Source: an uncultured Clostridia bacterium
Lineage (GTDB): Bacteria > Bacillota > Clostridia > TANB77 > CAG-508
Reading direction: 5' to 3'
Assembly (NCBI GenBank): GCA_944392665.1
Contig: CALXXJ010000005.1
Span: forward strand, 1,967-65,966
DNA length: 64,000 nucleotides
The position numbers and the translations under genes are program-made. The notes under the pieces are model-generated. The model did no database searches and had not been told where the DNA came from. It saw only the letters and a list, made by a program, of their open reading frames with translations. Every line of letters starts with the position of its first letter. The first letter of the stretch is position 1. Positions 25,802-35,900 of the stretch are shown in pieces.

Positions 25802-27388
25802 CTATTTCGTCAAATGTTTTAATTTTATCAGTTCATTAAATTCTTCCTCAAGTTCTTTTTTTCTCTTTTCATCTTTTGTTATTGCTAGTTCTGAGGTAAT
25901 TTGTGATAATTTAAAATCTAATAATAGTTTATCATTTTCATTTTTTCTTTGTTGTTTTTTACTTCTTTCTTTTTCATATTGTAAATAAGAAGAATAATTT
26001 CCTTCATATTCTATGATTTTATGATTTTTTATCACTAAAATATCTGTTGCAATATTATCAATAAATGTTTTATCATGTGTAACAAATAAAATTGTCCCAT
26101 TATATTCCTTTAACAACTTTTCTAAACTTTCAATAGATTCTATGTCTAAAAAGTTGGTAGGTTCATCTAATATAAGTAAATTCTTATCTGATACCAATAT
26201 TTTAGCAATCGATACTTTTACACGTTCTCCTCCACTTAAATCTTTTATCTTTTTTTCTAAATCTTTATCTTTGAATAAAAGATTTGCTAATATATTTTTT
26301 ACAACCATTTCAGATTGATTGGTATCTTGTATCACATTTTGTAACACTGTTTTAGCAAAATCTAAATTCGTAAAGTCCTGTGAAAAATACCCTATTTTTA
26401 TATTTGGATTTACTTTTATATGATGATTGCCATTTATAATTTGGTTTATAAGTGTTGTCTTTCCTACTCCATTTTCTCCTATTAAAGCTGTTTTCCTGTT
26501 GGTTTTGACAACACAACTTGCATTTTCAAATAAAAGTTTATCTCCTAATTTTATATTTAAATTTTCAATATTTACTGCAATTTTATTTTTTACTCTTTCT
26601 TCTGTCTGATATTTCATATATATTTTTTGATTATTTTGTGGTTTTTCTTTTACCTCTAATTTATCTAATCTTGTTTGCAGGGCATTTGTATGTCCTTCTA
26701 ATTTTTCTCTTATATTTTCAACACCTCTTTTATGTAGTCTTGCTTCAGAATTTCCCATTCGTTTTGGTGTTTTTCGAATTTCTTTCGCTGTATTTTTTGA
26801 AACATGAATTGCTTTTTCTAACCTCTGTTTTTCATTTATATATTGCATATATTCAAATTTTTCTCTTTCTATTTCCGCCTCTTTTTGTAATTTATATTTT
26901 GAATAATTACCTTCATATCTTTTGACTTTTGCATCTTTTATTTCTATAATTGCTGAACAAATTTCATCTAGTAGACTTCTATCATGAGATATAATCAGTA
27001 TCGTTCCTTGATATTTTTTCAATTCTTTTTCAATATGACTGATTCCATTTCTGTCTAAATTACTTGATGGCTCATCTAATAATAAAATCCCATTTTGATT
27101 TAATACTTTTTTATGAAAAGCTTCTTTCTTTTTTTCTCCACCACTTAAGTTCTTATTTTCATGATTAATTTCTTCAAACTGCTCCATATATATGATGTTT
27201 TGCTTATGAATAATTTCTCCTATATCTGGTTTCACTCTACCAACTATCATATTTAACAATGTTGTTTTTCCTGAACCATTTTGCCCTACAATCCCTATTT
27301 TTTCATTTTCATATATTTTTAAATCATCAATTTCTAATATTTTTCTATCTCCATAATATTTTGAAATATTTTTTAATTCTAATACCAT
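25802..27388 (-). CDS. ABC-F family ATPase (no TM domain), probably ARE/ribosomal-protection type
   Basis: 528-aa ORF. Two NBDs (GQNGSGKTT / GENGVGKTT; LSGGEKKK / LSGGERVK) separated by a basic ~80-aa linker (…KTPKRMGNSEARLHKRG…). Charged C-terminal extension. Regulated-looking leader. Confidence 0.85.
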   Translation of the reverse strand: MVLELKNISKYYGDRKILEIDDLKIYENEKIGIVGQNGSGKTTLLNMIVGRVKPDIGEIIHKQNIIYMEQFEEINHENKNLSGGEKKKEAFHKKVLNQNGILLLDEPSSNLDRNGISHIEKELKKYQGTILIISHDRSLLDEICSAIIEIKDAKVKRYEGNYSKYKLQKEAEIEREKFEYMQYINEKQRLEKAIHVSKNTAKEIRKTPKRMGNSEARLHKRGVENIREKLEGHTNALQTRLDKLEVKEKPQNNQKIYMKYQTEERVKNKIAVNIENLNIKLGDKLLFENASCVVKTNRKTALIGENGVGKTTLINQIINGNHHIKVNPNIKIGYFSQDFTNLDFAKTVLQNVIQDTNQSEMVVKNILANLLFKDKDLEKKIKDLSGGERVKVSIAKILVSDKNLLILDEPTNFLDIESIESLEKLLKEYNGTILFVTHDKTFIDNIATDILVIKNHKIIEYEGNYSSYLQYEKERSKKQQRKNENDKLLLDFKLSQITSELAITKDEKRKKELEEEFNELIKLKHLTK

Positions 27389-27390
27389 AA

Positions 27391-27426
27391 AAACTCCTCC
27401 TTTAAATCATATTAAAGAAGGAGTTT
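27391..27426 (-). promoter_or_regulatory. SD-sequestering hairpin in the ABC-F leader
   Basis: mRNA arms AAACUCCUUCUUUAA and UUAAAGGAGGAGUUU pair over 15 positions (one G-U) with a 6-nt loop. The 3' arm contains the SD of the ABC-F gene. Confidence 0.65.
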
Positions 27427-27450
27427 ATTATCTTTTACTTTAAATCTCAT
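27412..27450 (-). CDS. Candidate 12-codon leader peptide MRFKVKDNKLLL
   Basis: The ORF ends exactly within the 5' arm of the SD-sequestering hairpin. No clear SD of its own, and other tiny ORFs exist in the ~250-nt leader. Confidence 0.3.
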   Translation of the reverse strand: MRFKVKDNKLLL

Positions 27451-27672
27451 CTAATTTATAGATTTTTTTACATGTTCATTTGGTAGTTTTATATACATAA
27501 GTACATTAAAAATTTGCATTATTAATAAACCATTCTAAAATATGATTACATCTTATTTTATATTTTCTAGTTTATTAATAATAATCATCTTACCACCATT
27601 TTAACCTTTCTCATCAATTCATTTTTTATTTTACCATATTTAAATTTATTTTTCAATAGAATAAATTTAAAA

Positions 27673-28974
27673 TTACTCTTTTACTTTTTCTGGTCTATTA
27701 ATGCTGTATCGTATATCTTCGTCACTATATTCTTCTGGTTTCAATCCTACTTTATCTGTCATATAGTCTAGCAATAATACTACACCGATTGTTGTTATAC
27801 ACCCTATGATAATAAAGGTATTCGCAGTTGTTGTTATCGCTAATAACCCAGAAGATATTAATGATAAAATTGCTGTTGCTAAATTTGCTGTTAAATATCG
27901 TAAAGCTGATATTTTAGGTCTTATACTTCGATTGGTAAAATTATTTAAATATCTTGTCATCAATCCCACATAAGGGCCTTTTATTGCATATTGAATAGCA
28001 AATAATACAATAATCAATATCAATGATGATCTTGATAATTGGTCTTGTCCAATAAATCCTATCACTATACAAGACATAACCATAGGAACTCCTAACCAAG
28101 TTAATGTTTTATTCCTAAAGTTATCTTGTATTTTTTCTGTATTTCTGGTAGAAATTGCTGCAATTATCTGTAACATGGCAAATATAATGCCGAAATACTG
28201 TTCAGGAACGTGTATTTCTTTTAATATACTACTTCTCAAATTTACGATTGCTGTGATGGTTCCCATTAACAATGCATTAAACATAATTAATGAACGAATT
28301 CTCTTAGATTTCAAGAAATATCTAAAAGAGGTTTTTAATTGCACCATATATTCTGTAAATTTGATTGGTTTGACATTATTTTGCACAATCGTTGTATGTC
28401 TAAATTTAAAAGACAAAATTGTTGCAATTGTGCAACATATAAAACATAAAATCATTGGAATATATCCATTAATAACAAATGTAAATCCTGCCGTTGTTGA
28501 TGCAATAGCCTCAAATATATAAAAATATGATGTAGATTTCCCATCTATCTTTGAAAATATTTTTCCTCTTCTATATCCTTTTGGCAAGGAATCATATAAT
28601 ATATTTGCTTCACAAATTCCTTTTATTGAATATCCTAATGCATATATAAATTGAATAATTAGTAATTGATAATATTCTTGCATAAATATCATAGATAATA
28701 TACTTAATGTATATAATATATTTCCAACAATTAATACATTCTTTTTTCCCACTCTATCTACTAGTCTTGTTACTGGTATCTGCCATAGAGTATTGGATAA
28801 TGTATAAAATGCATCAGAAAATAGTACCTGAGCTGCTGAAAATCCCTTCACTTGTGTCAGAAATAAAAATATAATTGGGTAATAGAATAATAAATCCCAT
28901 GATACCATTTTATATAATGGGAATAATCTAACATTTCTCTTTTTGTGTCTGATTAGTTTTTCCTTTGTACTCAA
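27673..28974 (-). CDS. MFS transporter
   Basis: 433-aa ORF with about 12 TMs and the loop motif DRVGKKNVLIVG between TM2/3. TTG start with SD GAGGAG. Confidence 0.8.
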   Translation of the reverse strand: MSTKEKLIRHKKRNVRLFPLYKMVSWDLLFYYPIIFLFLTQVKGFSAAQVLFSDAFYTLSNTLWQIPVTRLVDRVGKKNVLIVGNILYTLSILSMIFMQEYYQLLIIQFIYALGYSIKGICEANILYDSLPKGYRRGKIFSKIDGKSTSYFYIFEAIASTTAGFTFVINGYIPMILCFICCTIATILSFKFRHTTIVQNNVKPIKFTEYMVQLKTSFRYFLKSKRIRSLIMFNALLMGTITAIVNLRSSILKEIHVPEQYFGIIFAMLQIIAAISTRNTEKIQDNFRNKTLTWLGVPMVMSCIVIGFIGQDQLSRSSLILIIVLFAIQYAIKGPYVGLMTRYLNNFTNRSIRPKISALRYLTANLATAILSLISSGLLAITTTANTFIIIGCITTIGVVLLLDYMTDKVGLKPEEYSDEDIRYSINRPEKVKE

Positions 28975-29061
28975 ATTGCTTCTCCTCTTTTTATTTTATA
29001 GTCTAATACTCTGTGCAATGTAATTCATATTATAGGCAAGTTATCTGAACTTCCTATAATA

Positions 29062-29086
29062 TGAAAAAAGATGTCAAACATCTTTT
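29062..29086 (-). terminator. Short terminator hairpin after the GtrB-like gene
   Basis: AAAAGATGT/ACATCTTTT stem overlapping the stop codon, followed by U residues on the minus strand. Confidence 0.45.
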
Positions 29087-30029
29087 AATCATTCATTTCT
29101 TTTTTTCCATTATACTCATTTACTAAATATAATGGTCTATCTTTACTTTCATTAAATATTCTTCCTAAATATTCTCCTATAATTCCAAATAATAATATTT
29201 GCACACCTGAGAAAAATAGAATCAATAATATAATTGCTTGATATGCTTGAATCATCGTACTTGTTACAATACATTTTGCAATCACATATACAAAATATAC
29301 AAATAAAACAATGAATGTTGGTATACTAATATACGTAGATATTCTAAGTGGCGATGTTGTAAATGATGTAATTCCATCAATTGCTAAATCTACTAACTTT
29401 TTATAGTTCCATTTGGTTTTTCCTGCAATTCTTGGGTCTCTATCATATAGTACTTCTTTTTTCTTATATCCTATCCAGCTAAACATGCTTTTTGAATTTC
29501 TTTGAGATTCTCTCATTTTTCTCAATGCATTCACACATCTTCTGTCTAGTAATCTAAAATCACCTGTATCTTGTTGAATTGGTACATTGGTTAAATGTTG
29601 TAAAACTCTATAATACATTTTTGACGTGAATTTCTTTAGCCAAGTTTCTCCTTTTCTTGAGTTTCTTTTGGCATAAACATCATCATACCCTTCTTCCCAG
29701 TATTTTACTAATTCTGGAATCAATTCTGGTGGGTCTTGTAAATCTGCATCCATAAAAATGACACAATCTCCTGTCGCATAATCTAATCCTGCAATCATAG
29801 CGATTTCTTTTCCAAAGTTTCTTGAAAAATCAACATAACTGATTCTGTTGTCTTTTTCTCGATATTCTTTTATTAGATTAATGGTATTATCTTTACTTCC
29901 GTCATTGACAAATAAGATTTCAAATTCATAATGCTCCATAGAGCTCATTAATTTTTCTAACCTTTCATATAAATGTGGTAATGATTCTTCTTCATTATAT
30001 GCTGGTATGATTATTGTTATTTTTTTCAT
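29085..30029 (-). CDS. GT2 polyprenyl-phosphate glycosyltransferase (GtrB/CsbB-like)
   Basis: 314-aa ORF. IIIPAYNEE...VNDGSKD...DADLQDPP catalytic region plus two C-terminal TMs, as in bactoprenol glucosyltransferases. 4-nt overlap with the GtrA-like gene. Confidence 0.85.
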   Translation of the reverse strand: MKKITIIIPAYNEEESLPHLYERLEKLMSSMEHYEFEILFVNDGSKDNTINLIKEYREKDNRISYVDFSRNFGKEIAMIAGLDYATGDCVIFMDADLQDPPELIPELVKYWEEGYDDVYAKRNSRKGETWLKKFTSKMYYRVLQHLTNVPIQQDTGDFRLLDRRCVNALRKMRESQRNSKSMFSWIGYKKKEVLYDRDPRIAGKTKWNYKKLVDLAIDGITSFTTSPLRISTYISIPTFIVLFVYFVYVIAKCIVTSTMIQAYQAIILLILFFSGVQILLFGIIGEYLGRIFNESKDRPLYLVNEYNGKKEMND

Positions 30030-30490
30030 TGATTTTCACTTCCTTGTTCATTTTCTTCTTTTTTGGTTTTAAATGCAAAAAATTTGCTAATAAAAAAGTT
30101 TAATATAACAACGATGACAGTAATGGTTACTTTTGTTATGACATATTCTACATGTAATATTGTATAAAATAAAAATACTCCTGCCATTTCCAATACCATT
30201 GTAAAAGATCTGCCTAATATAAATTTTAAAAATTCTTCCCATTTTTCTTTTGCTGTTTCTGCTGTGGAATTAAATACCATTTTTCGATTGGTAAAATAGG
30301 CAAATAAAATAGATATAGTAATTCCTATTGTACTTGCTATATTCCCTTCAACTTGAAATACTTTTACTAATATTGTTGAAACCCCTATATTAATTAGTGT
30401 TGTTAACACACCAAATATTAAATATGATATTGTTTCTCTTGTGCATAATTTTTTTATAATTTTTTCCATTTTTCTTTTCACTTTCTTCAT
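30026..30490 (-). CDS. GtrA-family small membrane protein
   Basis: 154 aa, 4 TMs, GtrA-like pattern (…YLIFGVLTTLINIGV…FNSTAE…RSFTMVLE…). Translationally coupled to the GtrB-like gene. Confidence 0.75.
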   Translation of the reverse strand: MKKVKRKMEKIIKKLCTRETISYLIFGVLTTLINIGVSTILVKVFQVEGNIASTIGITISILFAYFTNRKMVFNSTAETAKEKWEEFLKFILGRSFTMVLEMAGVFLFYTILHVEYVITKVTITVIVVILNFFISKFFAFKTKKEENEQGSENQ

Positions 30491-30598
30491 TATTTATTTT
30501 TCTTTATCTAATTTAATATTACTTCGATAATCTTGCTTATATTCTAATATACTTTTCTATTATATCAATAAATATATTTCTTGTAAAGAATATGGTTA

Positions 30599-31504
30599 TT
30601 ACTTATTCTTAAAATGATAGCTTTTTATCATTCCCGGAATAAATAATAATATATATATCATTTTGTTTTTCATTCCTTTTATGCTTCCTATCCTATATTG
30701 TTTTGTTAAATAACTAAATAAAATATAATGTTTAATAACATATAGTCTCTTTTTTAAAGAAATCCCTGTCATATCATGTTGTTCTAAAATTTCTTTAAAA
30801 TATGCATAATGTCCATAAGGATTTTCTTTGAAAATCTTTTGGATATTTTTAGTATAACCATCTGCTTTATAATCACATATCATAATTGGTTTATTGATAC
30901 ATTTCATTTTATATTTTAAATCCATTTTATGATACATTCTTGCTTCTGTTGAAAACTTCTCATCCTTTTCAATCTTATACTGATATTGTTTTCGAATATT
31001 GGCAAAAAATACAATTGCTTTTTCTCCATTTTCTTGTTCTTTAAAATATAAATCAAACATGGTAGTTTCTTCTCTTTGAAATCGGTTTCCAATATTATTT
31101 CCTTTTAAGTCGTATTTTAAGAAACACAATCCATATAAATCATTTCTTTCTTTTGTTTCATAATAGGCTTGTAAAATATCATAAAATGCATTATCTGAAA
31201 ATATATCATCAGAATCACATTCTACAATTAAATTTCCATCAGCATATTGAACAACATTGTTGATAGCTGACATTTTTCCTTGATTTTCTTGCTTATGATA
31301 TTGTATTTCTATCTTCTTTTCACTTATGTACTGATTTATCACTTCTTCTGTATTGTCTGTTGAACCATCATCTATTATTAACCATTGTACTTGTATGTTT
31401 TGTTGCACTTCTCGATTTTTTTCTAAATTCTTAACAATACTATTATATAAATTCCCTAACATATTTGCTCGATTATATGTTGGTGTAATAATGGATAATT
31501 TCAT
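30599..31504 (-). CDS. GT2-family glycosyltransferase
   Basis: LSIITPTYNR...IIDDGSTD...ECDSDD motifs. Confidence 0.8.
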   Translation of the reverse strand: MKLSIITPTYNRANMLGNLYNSIVKNLEKNREVQQNIQVQWLIIDDGSTDNTEEVINQYISEKKIEIQYHKQENQGKMSAINNVVQYADGNLIVECDSDDIFSDNAFYDILQAYYETKERNDLYGLCFLKYDLKGNNIGNRFQREETTMFDLYFKEQENGEKAIVFFANIRKQYQYKIEKDEKFSTEARMYHKMDLKYKMKCINKPIMICDYKADGYTKNIQKIFKENPYGHYAYFKEILEQHDMTGISLKKRLYVIKHYILFSYLTKQYRIGSIKGMKNKMIYILLFIPGMIKSYHFKNK

Positions 31505-31506
31505 AA

Positions 31507-32613
31507 TTATTCTTCCTTTAATAATTTTTCTAATTCTTTGATAATATGGTGATTATCATATATTTGTTTTTTATCATCAAATGTTTTTATATTGTTTTCA
31601 ATAATATATTTCAATTTATTATAAATTTCATGTTCATCATTTTCTACAATAACTGCGTTTTTATAATTTTCAACCGCTTCTCTTGCTGCTGTATTCGTAA
31701 TGATAATTGGTTTGTTTAAAATTTTGGCTTCTTCTAAAACCATACCATATCCCTCAAATTTAGAAAGTAAGCAGAACATGTCTGCTTGCTTTATGTATGG
31801 ATATGGATTTTCCTTTGCGCCTAATAGGAAAAATGTTTCTTGTAAATGTTCGTCTTTTATTAGTTTTTCTAATTTTTCTCTTTCTGGACCATCACCAATA
31901 ATATAAAATTTATTATTAAAATGATTTGCAATTAATTCTTTATGAATACGAATTAATCTATCAATTCCTTTTTGCTCTACTAATCTCGCAACTGTCAAGA
32001 AATTCATTTGTTTATTATCAAATGAAAAATCTATCTTTTCTTTTGCCTTTTCTATTACCTTTTGAGAATCTATATAATTATAGATAACCTCTTCTGTGGG
32101 TTTCATATTTGGATATCGTATATCAAACACTTCTTTGTTATCTTTGCTGACAAATATCAATTTTTCATATTTATTATAAATTCTTTTATCTATGGTTAAC
32201 TTTAGTTTCGCTTTTAGGTCATTTCCATATACTTTAGAAATATCATTATGAATCCAAGCAATTTTTTTAGTATTTCTGTTTTTCGTGCTAAATAGCCTTG
32301 TGATTGGCCCTTCCAAGAAGGCAATTTCTATATCATAGTCACCTTGTATATATTTTTTATAATATTGCTTTTGGAAACATAAGATTTTTAAAGGTATACT
32401 TATTTTTTCAACTTTAGTTAATTCCTTATATGGTTTATCAAATATTCTTTTGATTTTTATTCTATTATTTAAACTTTTTTCTAACTCACCTTTTCCATAA
32501 ATCGTAAATATAGTAATGTCAAATGTATCACTTAATTGATTTACCATATCCACTAATACTCTTTCTGCTCCACCTAATGTTAAACTGGTTATTCCAAATA
32601 TTATTTTTTTCAT
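31507..32613 (-). CDS. GT4-family (GT-B, Glycos_transf_1) glycosyltransferase
   Basis: GGAERVLVD N-terminus. C-terminal EGYGMVLEEA E-x7-E type motif. Confidence 0.8.
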   Translation of the reverse strand: MKKIIFGITSLTLGGAERVLVDMVNQLSDTFDITIFTIYGKGELEKSLNNRIKIKRIFDKPYKELTKVEKISIPLKILCFQKQYYKKYIQGDYDIEIAFLEGPITRLFSTKNRNTKKIAWIHNDISKVYGNDLKAKLKLTIDKRIYNKYEKLIFVSKDNKEVFDIRYPNMKPTEEVIYNYIDSQKVIEKAKEKIDFSFDNKQMNFLTVARLVEQKGIDRLIRIHKELIANHFNNKFYIIGDGPEREKLEKLIKDEHLQETFFLLGAKENPYPYIKQADMFCLLSKFEGYGMVLEEAKILNKPIIITNTAAREAVENYKNAVIVENDEHEIYNKLKYIIENNIKTFDDKKQIYDNHHIIKELEKLLKEE

Positions 32614-32650
32614 TTTCTAATTCTCCTGATATCATATGGTTGGAAAAGAA

Positions 32651-33637
32651 TTAAACAAATTTTTCTTGTAACTTATCACGTATAAATTTAATCCTTGCTA
32701 AGCTTGTATACATTTTCAATGTAATATTATTTACTGTTTTCATATATAAATTTTTTAATCCTTTTTCTTTCAAATAGATATTTTCTTTCCAATTTGTAAA
32801 TTGTGTATTTAATGATTTCCATGCAAGATTAATGATTTCTTTTCTTTCCTTTCTATTTTCAATCATCACCATTCTGAGCATTGAGCTACATAAAATATAT
32901 CTTGTATAGGTATATTCTATTTCTTCTTTATATTCATCAAATAACTGATTTCGCTTATAATAGTCAATAACATGTCCTAAAACATCAATAATCTCTTTGG
33001 TTCTTGTATTTTGCACATTTGAAATAGAATTCTCTCTTTGTACATAATGAATAAATGGTTTTTGAACAATTCCATAATTATGTATCAATGGTAATAGTTT
33101 ATAGAAAAATTCTACATCTTCATATCTATATCCCCTAGGAAATTCCAAATGGTTTTCTTGCACAATTTCTCTTTTGATTAATTTATTCCATGCAACAACT
33201 CTAGTATAAATAAACATTTCTTTTTTATTGCTATACTGTTTTCCTTTGCTTTCTAAACTCTTATCTGGATATTCCCATAAAAAATCACATTCAACATAAT
33301 CTAAGTTCTCTTCTTTTGCTTTATTATACATTTCTTCATACATATTAGCTTCGACATAATCATCAGAATCTAGAAAGGCAATATATTCTCCCTTAGCATA
33401 TGGAATAGCATAATTTCTAGCATCTGATAACCCACCATTTTCTTTTTCTAAATACATGATTTTATTTGGATATTTTTCTACAAATTGTTTTGCAATCTCC
33501 TTTGTTCCATCTTGACTTCCATCATTGACAAGTATAATTTCAACATCTTCTAATGTTTGATTTACTAGAGATTGTAAACATTTTTCTATATAGTTTTCTA
33601 CATTATAAAATGGAACAATGATACTAACCTTTATCAT
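32651..33637 (-). CDS. GT2-family glycosyltransferase
   Basis: VSIIVPFYNVE...VNDGSQDGT...LDSDDY motifs. Confidence 0.8.
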   Translation of the reverse strand: MIKVSIIVPFYNVENYIEKCLQSLVNQTLEDVEIILVNDGSQDGTKEIAKQFVEKYPNKIMYLEKENGGLSDARNYAIPYAKGEYIAFLDSDDYVEANMYEEMYNKAKEENLDYVECDFLWEYPDKSLESKGKQYSNKKEMFIYTRVVAWNKLIKREIVQENHLEFPRGYRYEDVEFFYKLLPLIHNYGIVQKPFIHYVQRENSISNVQNTRTKEIIDVLGHVIDYYKRNQLFDEYKEEIEYTYTRYILCSSMLRMVMIENRKERKEIINLAWKSLNTQFTNWKENIYLKEKGLKNLYMKTVNNITLKMYTSLARIKFIRDKLQEKFV

Positions 33638-34608
33638 GATTTAACCTTTCTTCTTAAGCTTAAATACCATTTAATATTTACACTTAAAATTAATTTTCTT
33701 AAGCACTGTCTTCCGTTTTTTGCTTTAATATTTTTTGTCATTTTTCTTTTTCTAATTTCTTTTATATATTTCTTTTGATCCTTTTTTTCTAAAGTTTCTA
33801 TCTTTAACAAAATTGCATTTGTATAATAAATTTTTAATGTTTCGGCTGTTTTTTTATTTAATTTGTATTTATCAATTTTTAACAAAGCTTCATCATATTG
33901 TTTTAATGCATCATTTGCCTTTTTCTTTGTTTTTTCATAACTATCATTTCTTGTAATACTTCCTTTTACTTGCACATAATGATATCCATAAAAGTTAATA
34001 GATATCATCGTTTTAGCAAGTACAATCACAAATGGCATTAATCCAAAATCTTCATGTTCTGTTCCTACTTTAAATTCTAATTTATTTTTTATGAATATCT
34101 CTTTTTTTATCACATACACACAAGGAGAATCTAGTAAAACATCTGTTGAATATAGTTCTTCAAATCCTTCTTCTCCTGTTTTATTTTCAAACACAGGTCC
34201 ACTAACTGTTTCTATGACATTTCCTTTTTCATCTTCTCTTTGCAATTTAAACTTAATTAAATCAATATCTTTTTCCATATATTGTTTTACTAAGCCATAT
34301 AAATGGATATCTAAATAATCATCTGCATCAAGAAACAAGATATATTTTCCTTTTGCTTTTTTAATTCCATAATTTCTTGTATCGGCAACTCCTGTATTTT
34401 TCTTTTTATAATACGATATAGTTTTAGGATTTTTTTCTTTGTATTCTTGTATAATTTTATCAGATGCATCTGTACTTCCATCATTGATTAATACAATTTC
34501 TAAATCTTCATCTTTTTGTTTTAAAACAGATTCCATACATTTTTTTAATGTTTTTTCCGCATTATATACGGGAATAATGACACTTAATTTTTTCAACATT
34601 CTCTCCAT
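33634..34608 (-). CDS. GT2-family glycosyltransferase
   Basis: LSVIIPVYNAE...INDGSTD...LDADDY motifs. 4-nt overlap with the next gene. Confidence 0.8.
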   Translation of the reverse strand: MERMLKKLSVIIPVYNAEKTLKKCMESVLKQKDEDLEIVLINDGSTDASDKIIQEYKEKNPKTISYYKKKNTGVADTRNYGIKKAKGKYILFLDADDYLDIHLYGLVKQYMEKDIDLIKFKLQREDEKGNVIETVSGPVFENKTGEEGFEELYSTDVLLDSPCVYVIKKEIFIKNKLEFKVGTEHEDFGLMPFVIVLAKTMISINFYGYHYVQVKGSITRNDSYEKTKKKANDALKQYDEALLKIDKYKLNKKTAETLKIYYTNAILLKIETLEKKDQKKYIKEIRKRKMTKNIKAKNGRQCLRKLILSVNIKWYLSLRRKVKS

Positions 34609-34616
34609 CTTTCTTT

Positions 34617-35711
34617 TTAAAATATTGTTTCTAACGTTTTTACTACGTTTTCATTATATGTTTCATAATCAAATGGATTTTTTACTTCATATCCATTTTG
34701 TATAAATTCTTTCATTGCCATATATATAGATTGTGTATCTTTTTCTACGACCATTCCTCTTCCATCTTCTACTTGTTCATAATCAGATACTTTTGTCGTT
34801 ATAATTGGTTTATGTAATACAAAACTTTCTAAATATACAACCGGATATCCTTCATATTCAGAAGATAAGATTATACAATCACTCATTATAAAATATGGAT
34901 ATGGATTTTCTTTTCTTCCTAAAAATAAGATGGTATCTTGTAAATCATATTCTTTTACTTTTTCTTGATATAATTTTGTATCTTGTCCATCTCCAATAAA
35001 TAAGACTTTGAATTTTAAATTCTCTTCTTTTAATTTTTTAGAGACTTCTATGATTCTTGTTAACTTTTTTTGTTTTTCATCATGTCTTCCTACATTTAAG
35101 AAAATAGGAATCTCTTCTTTTTTTAATTCTTGTATATTTTCCTCTATAATCGATTTTTTCGATTTTTCTATAATGTCTTCTCCATTTATTAAATTATTAC
35201 AGGTAATCACTTTGTCTTTTAATTCTGGAAAAATCTCTATAAAGCTATTTGTACCTTCTTTTGACACAAACACAATATGTTTAAATTCTTCACAAGTTAC
35301 ATTTTTAAAAAAAGATTTTACTTCTTCTTTATTTCCTTGGTACAGAGTTAAATAATCTGCGTGACACCATAACGCTGAGTTTTGAGATGCTGTTCTTGCC
35401 ATAAAACTACTTGCCAAAGAATATGTAGCAAAACTTGCTGAAAAGTCAAATTTGTTTTTATATTTTATAATAAATTTTAGCCTATTGTACAAATTACATA
35501 TCTTTCTTAAAATGACATTTTTATTGTTGTTGGTGTTGTATTCTACAACTTTTATTTCTTTACTTAGTCTGCCTAAAAAAACACCTTCTTTTTTTTCTAG
35601 TGCAATCGTTATATCATAACCTTTTTCTGATAAGTAATTTACTAATGTAACAAGTGCAGTTTCTATTCCACCTAAGTCCAAGTTATGTGTTGCAAAAAAA
35701 AGTTTTTTCAT
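34617..35711 (-). CDS. GT4-family glycosyltransferase
   Basis: GGIETALVTL N-terminus and SEYEGYPVVYLES motif. Confidence 0.8.
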   Translation of the reverse strand: MKKLFFATHNLDLGGIETALVTLVNYLSEKGYDITIALEKKEGVFLGRLSKEIKVVEYNTNNNKNVILRKICNLYNRLKFIIKYKNKFDFSASFATYSLASSFMARTASQNSALWCHADYLTLYQGNKEEVKSFFKNVTCEEFKHIVFVSKEGTNSFIEIFPELKDKVITCNNLINGEDIIEKSKKSIIEENIQELKKEEIPIFLNVGRHDEKQKKLTRIIEVSKKLKEENLKFKVLFIGDGQDTKLYQEKVKEYDLQDTILFLGRKENPYPYFIMSDCIILSSEYEGYPVVYLESFVLHKPIITTKVSDYEQVEDGRGMVVEKDTQSIYMAMKEFIQNGYEVKNPFDYETYNENVVKTLETIF

Positions 35712-35789
35712 TCACTTTCTCCTCTATTTAGACATTATTTTCTTCATTATCTTATCATTATATTGCTTTTTTTGCAACTTTTTTCTGAC

Positions 35790-35834
35790 CAATAAAAATA
35801 AGACATACTTCCTCATAGTTTTGTATGTCTTATT
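35790..35834 (-). terminator. Rho-independent terminator inside the glycopolymer locus
   Basis: Perfect 11-bp stem AATAAGACATA/TATGTCTTATT followed by a U-run on the minus strand. Separates the 35901 gene from the downstream GT block. Confidence 0.7.
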
Positions 35835-35900
35835 TTCTTTTGATATTATAAATTTTCTGCTTCAACTATTACACTTTCACTCTATAAATTATATTTAGAA

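Noticed and set aside
29030-29059. Imperfect palindrome TTATAGGCAAGT-N7-ACTTCCTATAA upstream of the MFS gene as a repressor operator.
   Set aside because: The same hairpin can equally serve as part of the terminator region of the upstream GtrB-like gene. No regulator gene is adjacent, and the -35/-10 assignment around it is ambiguous.
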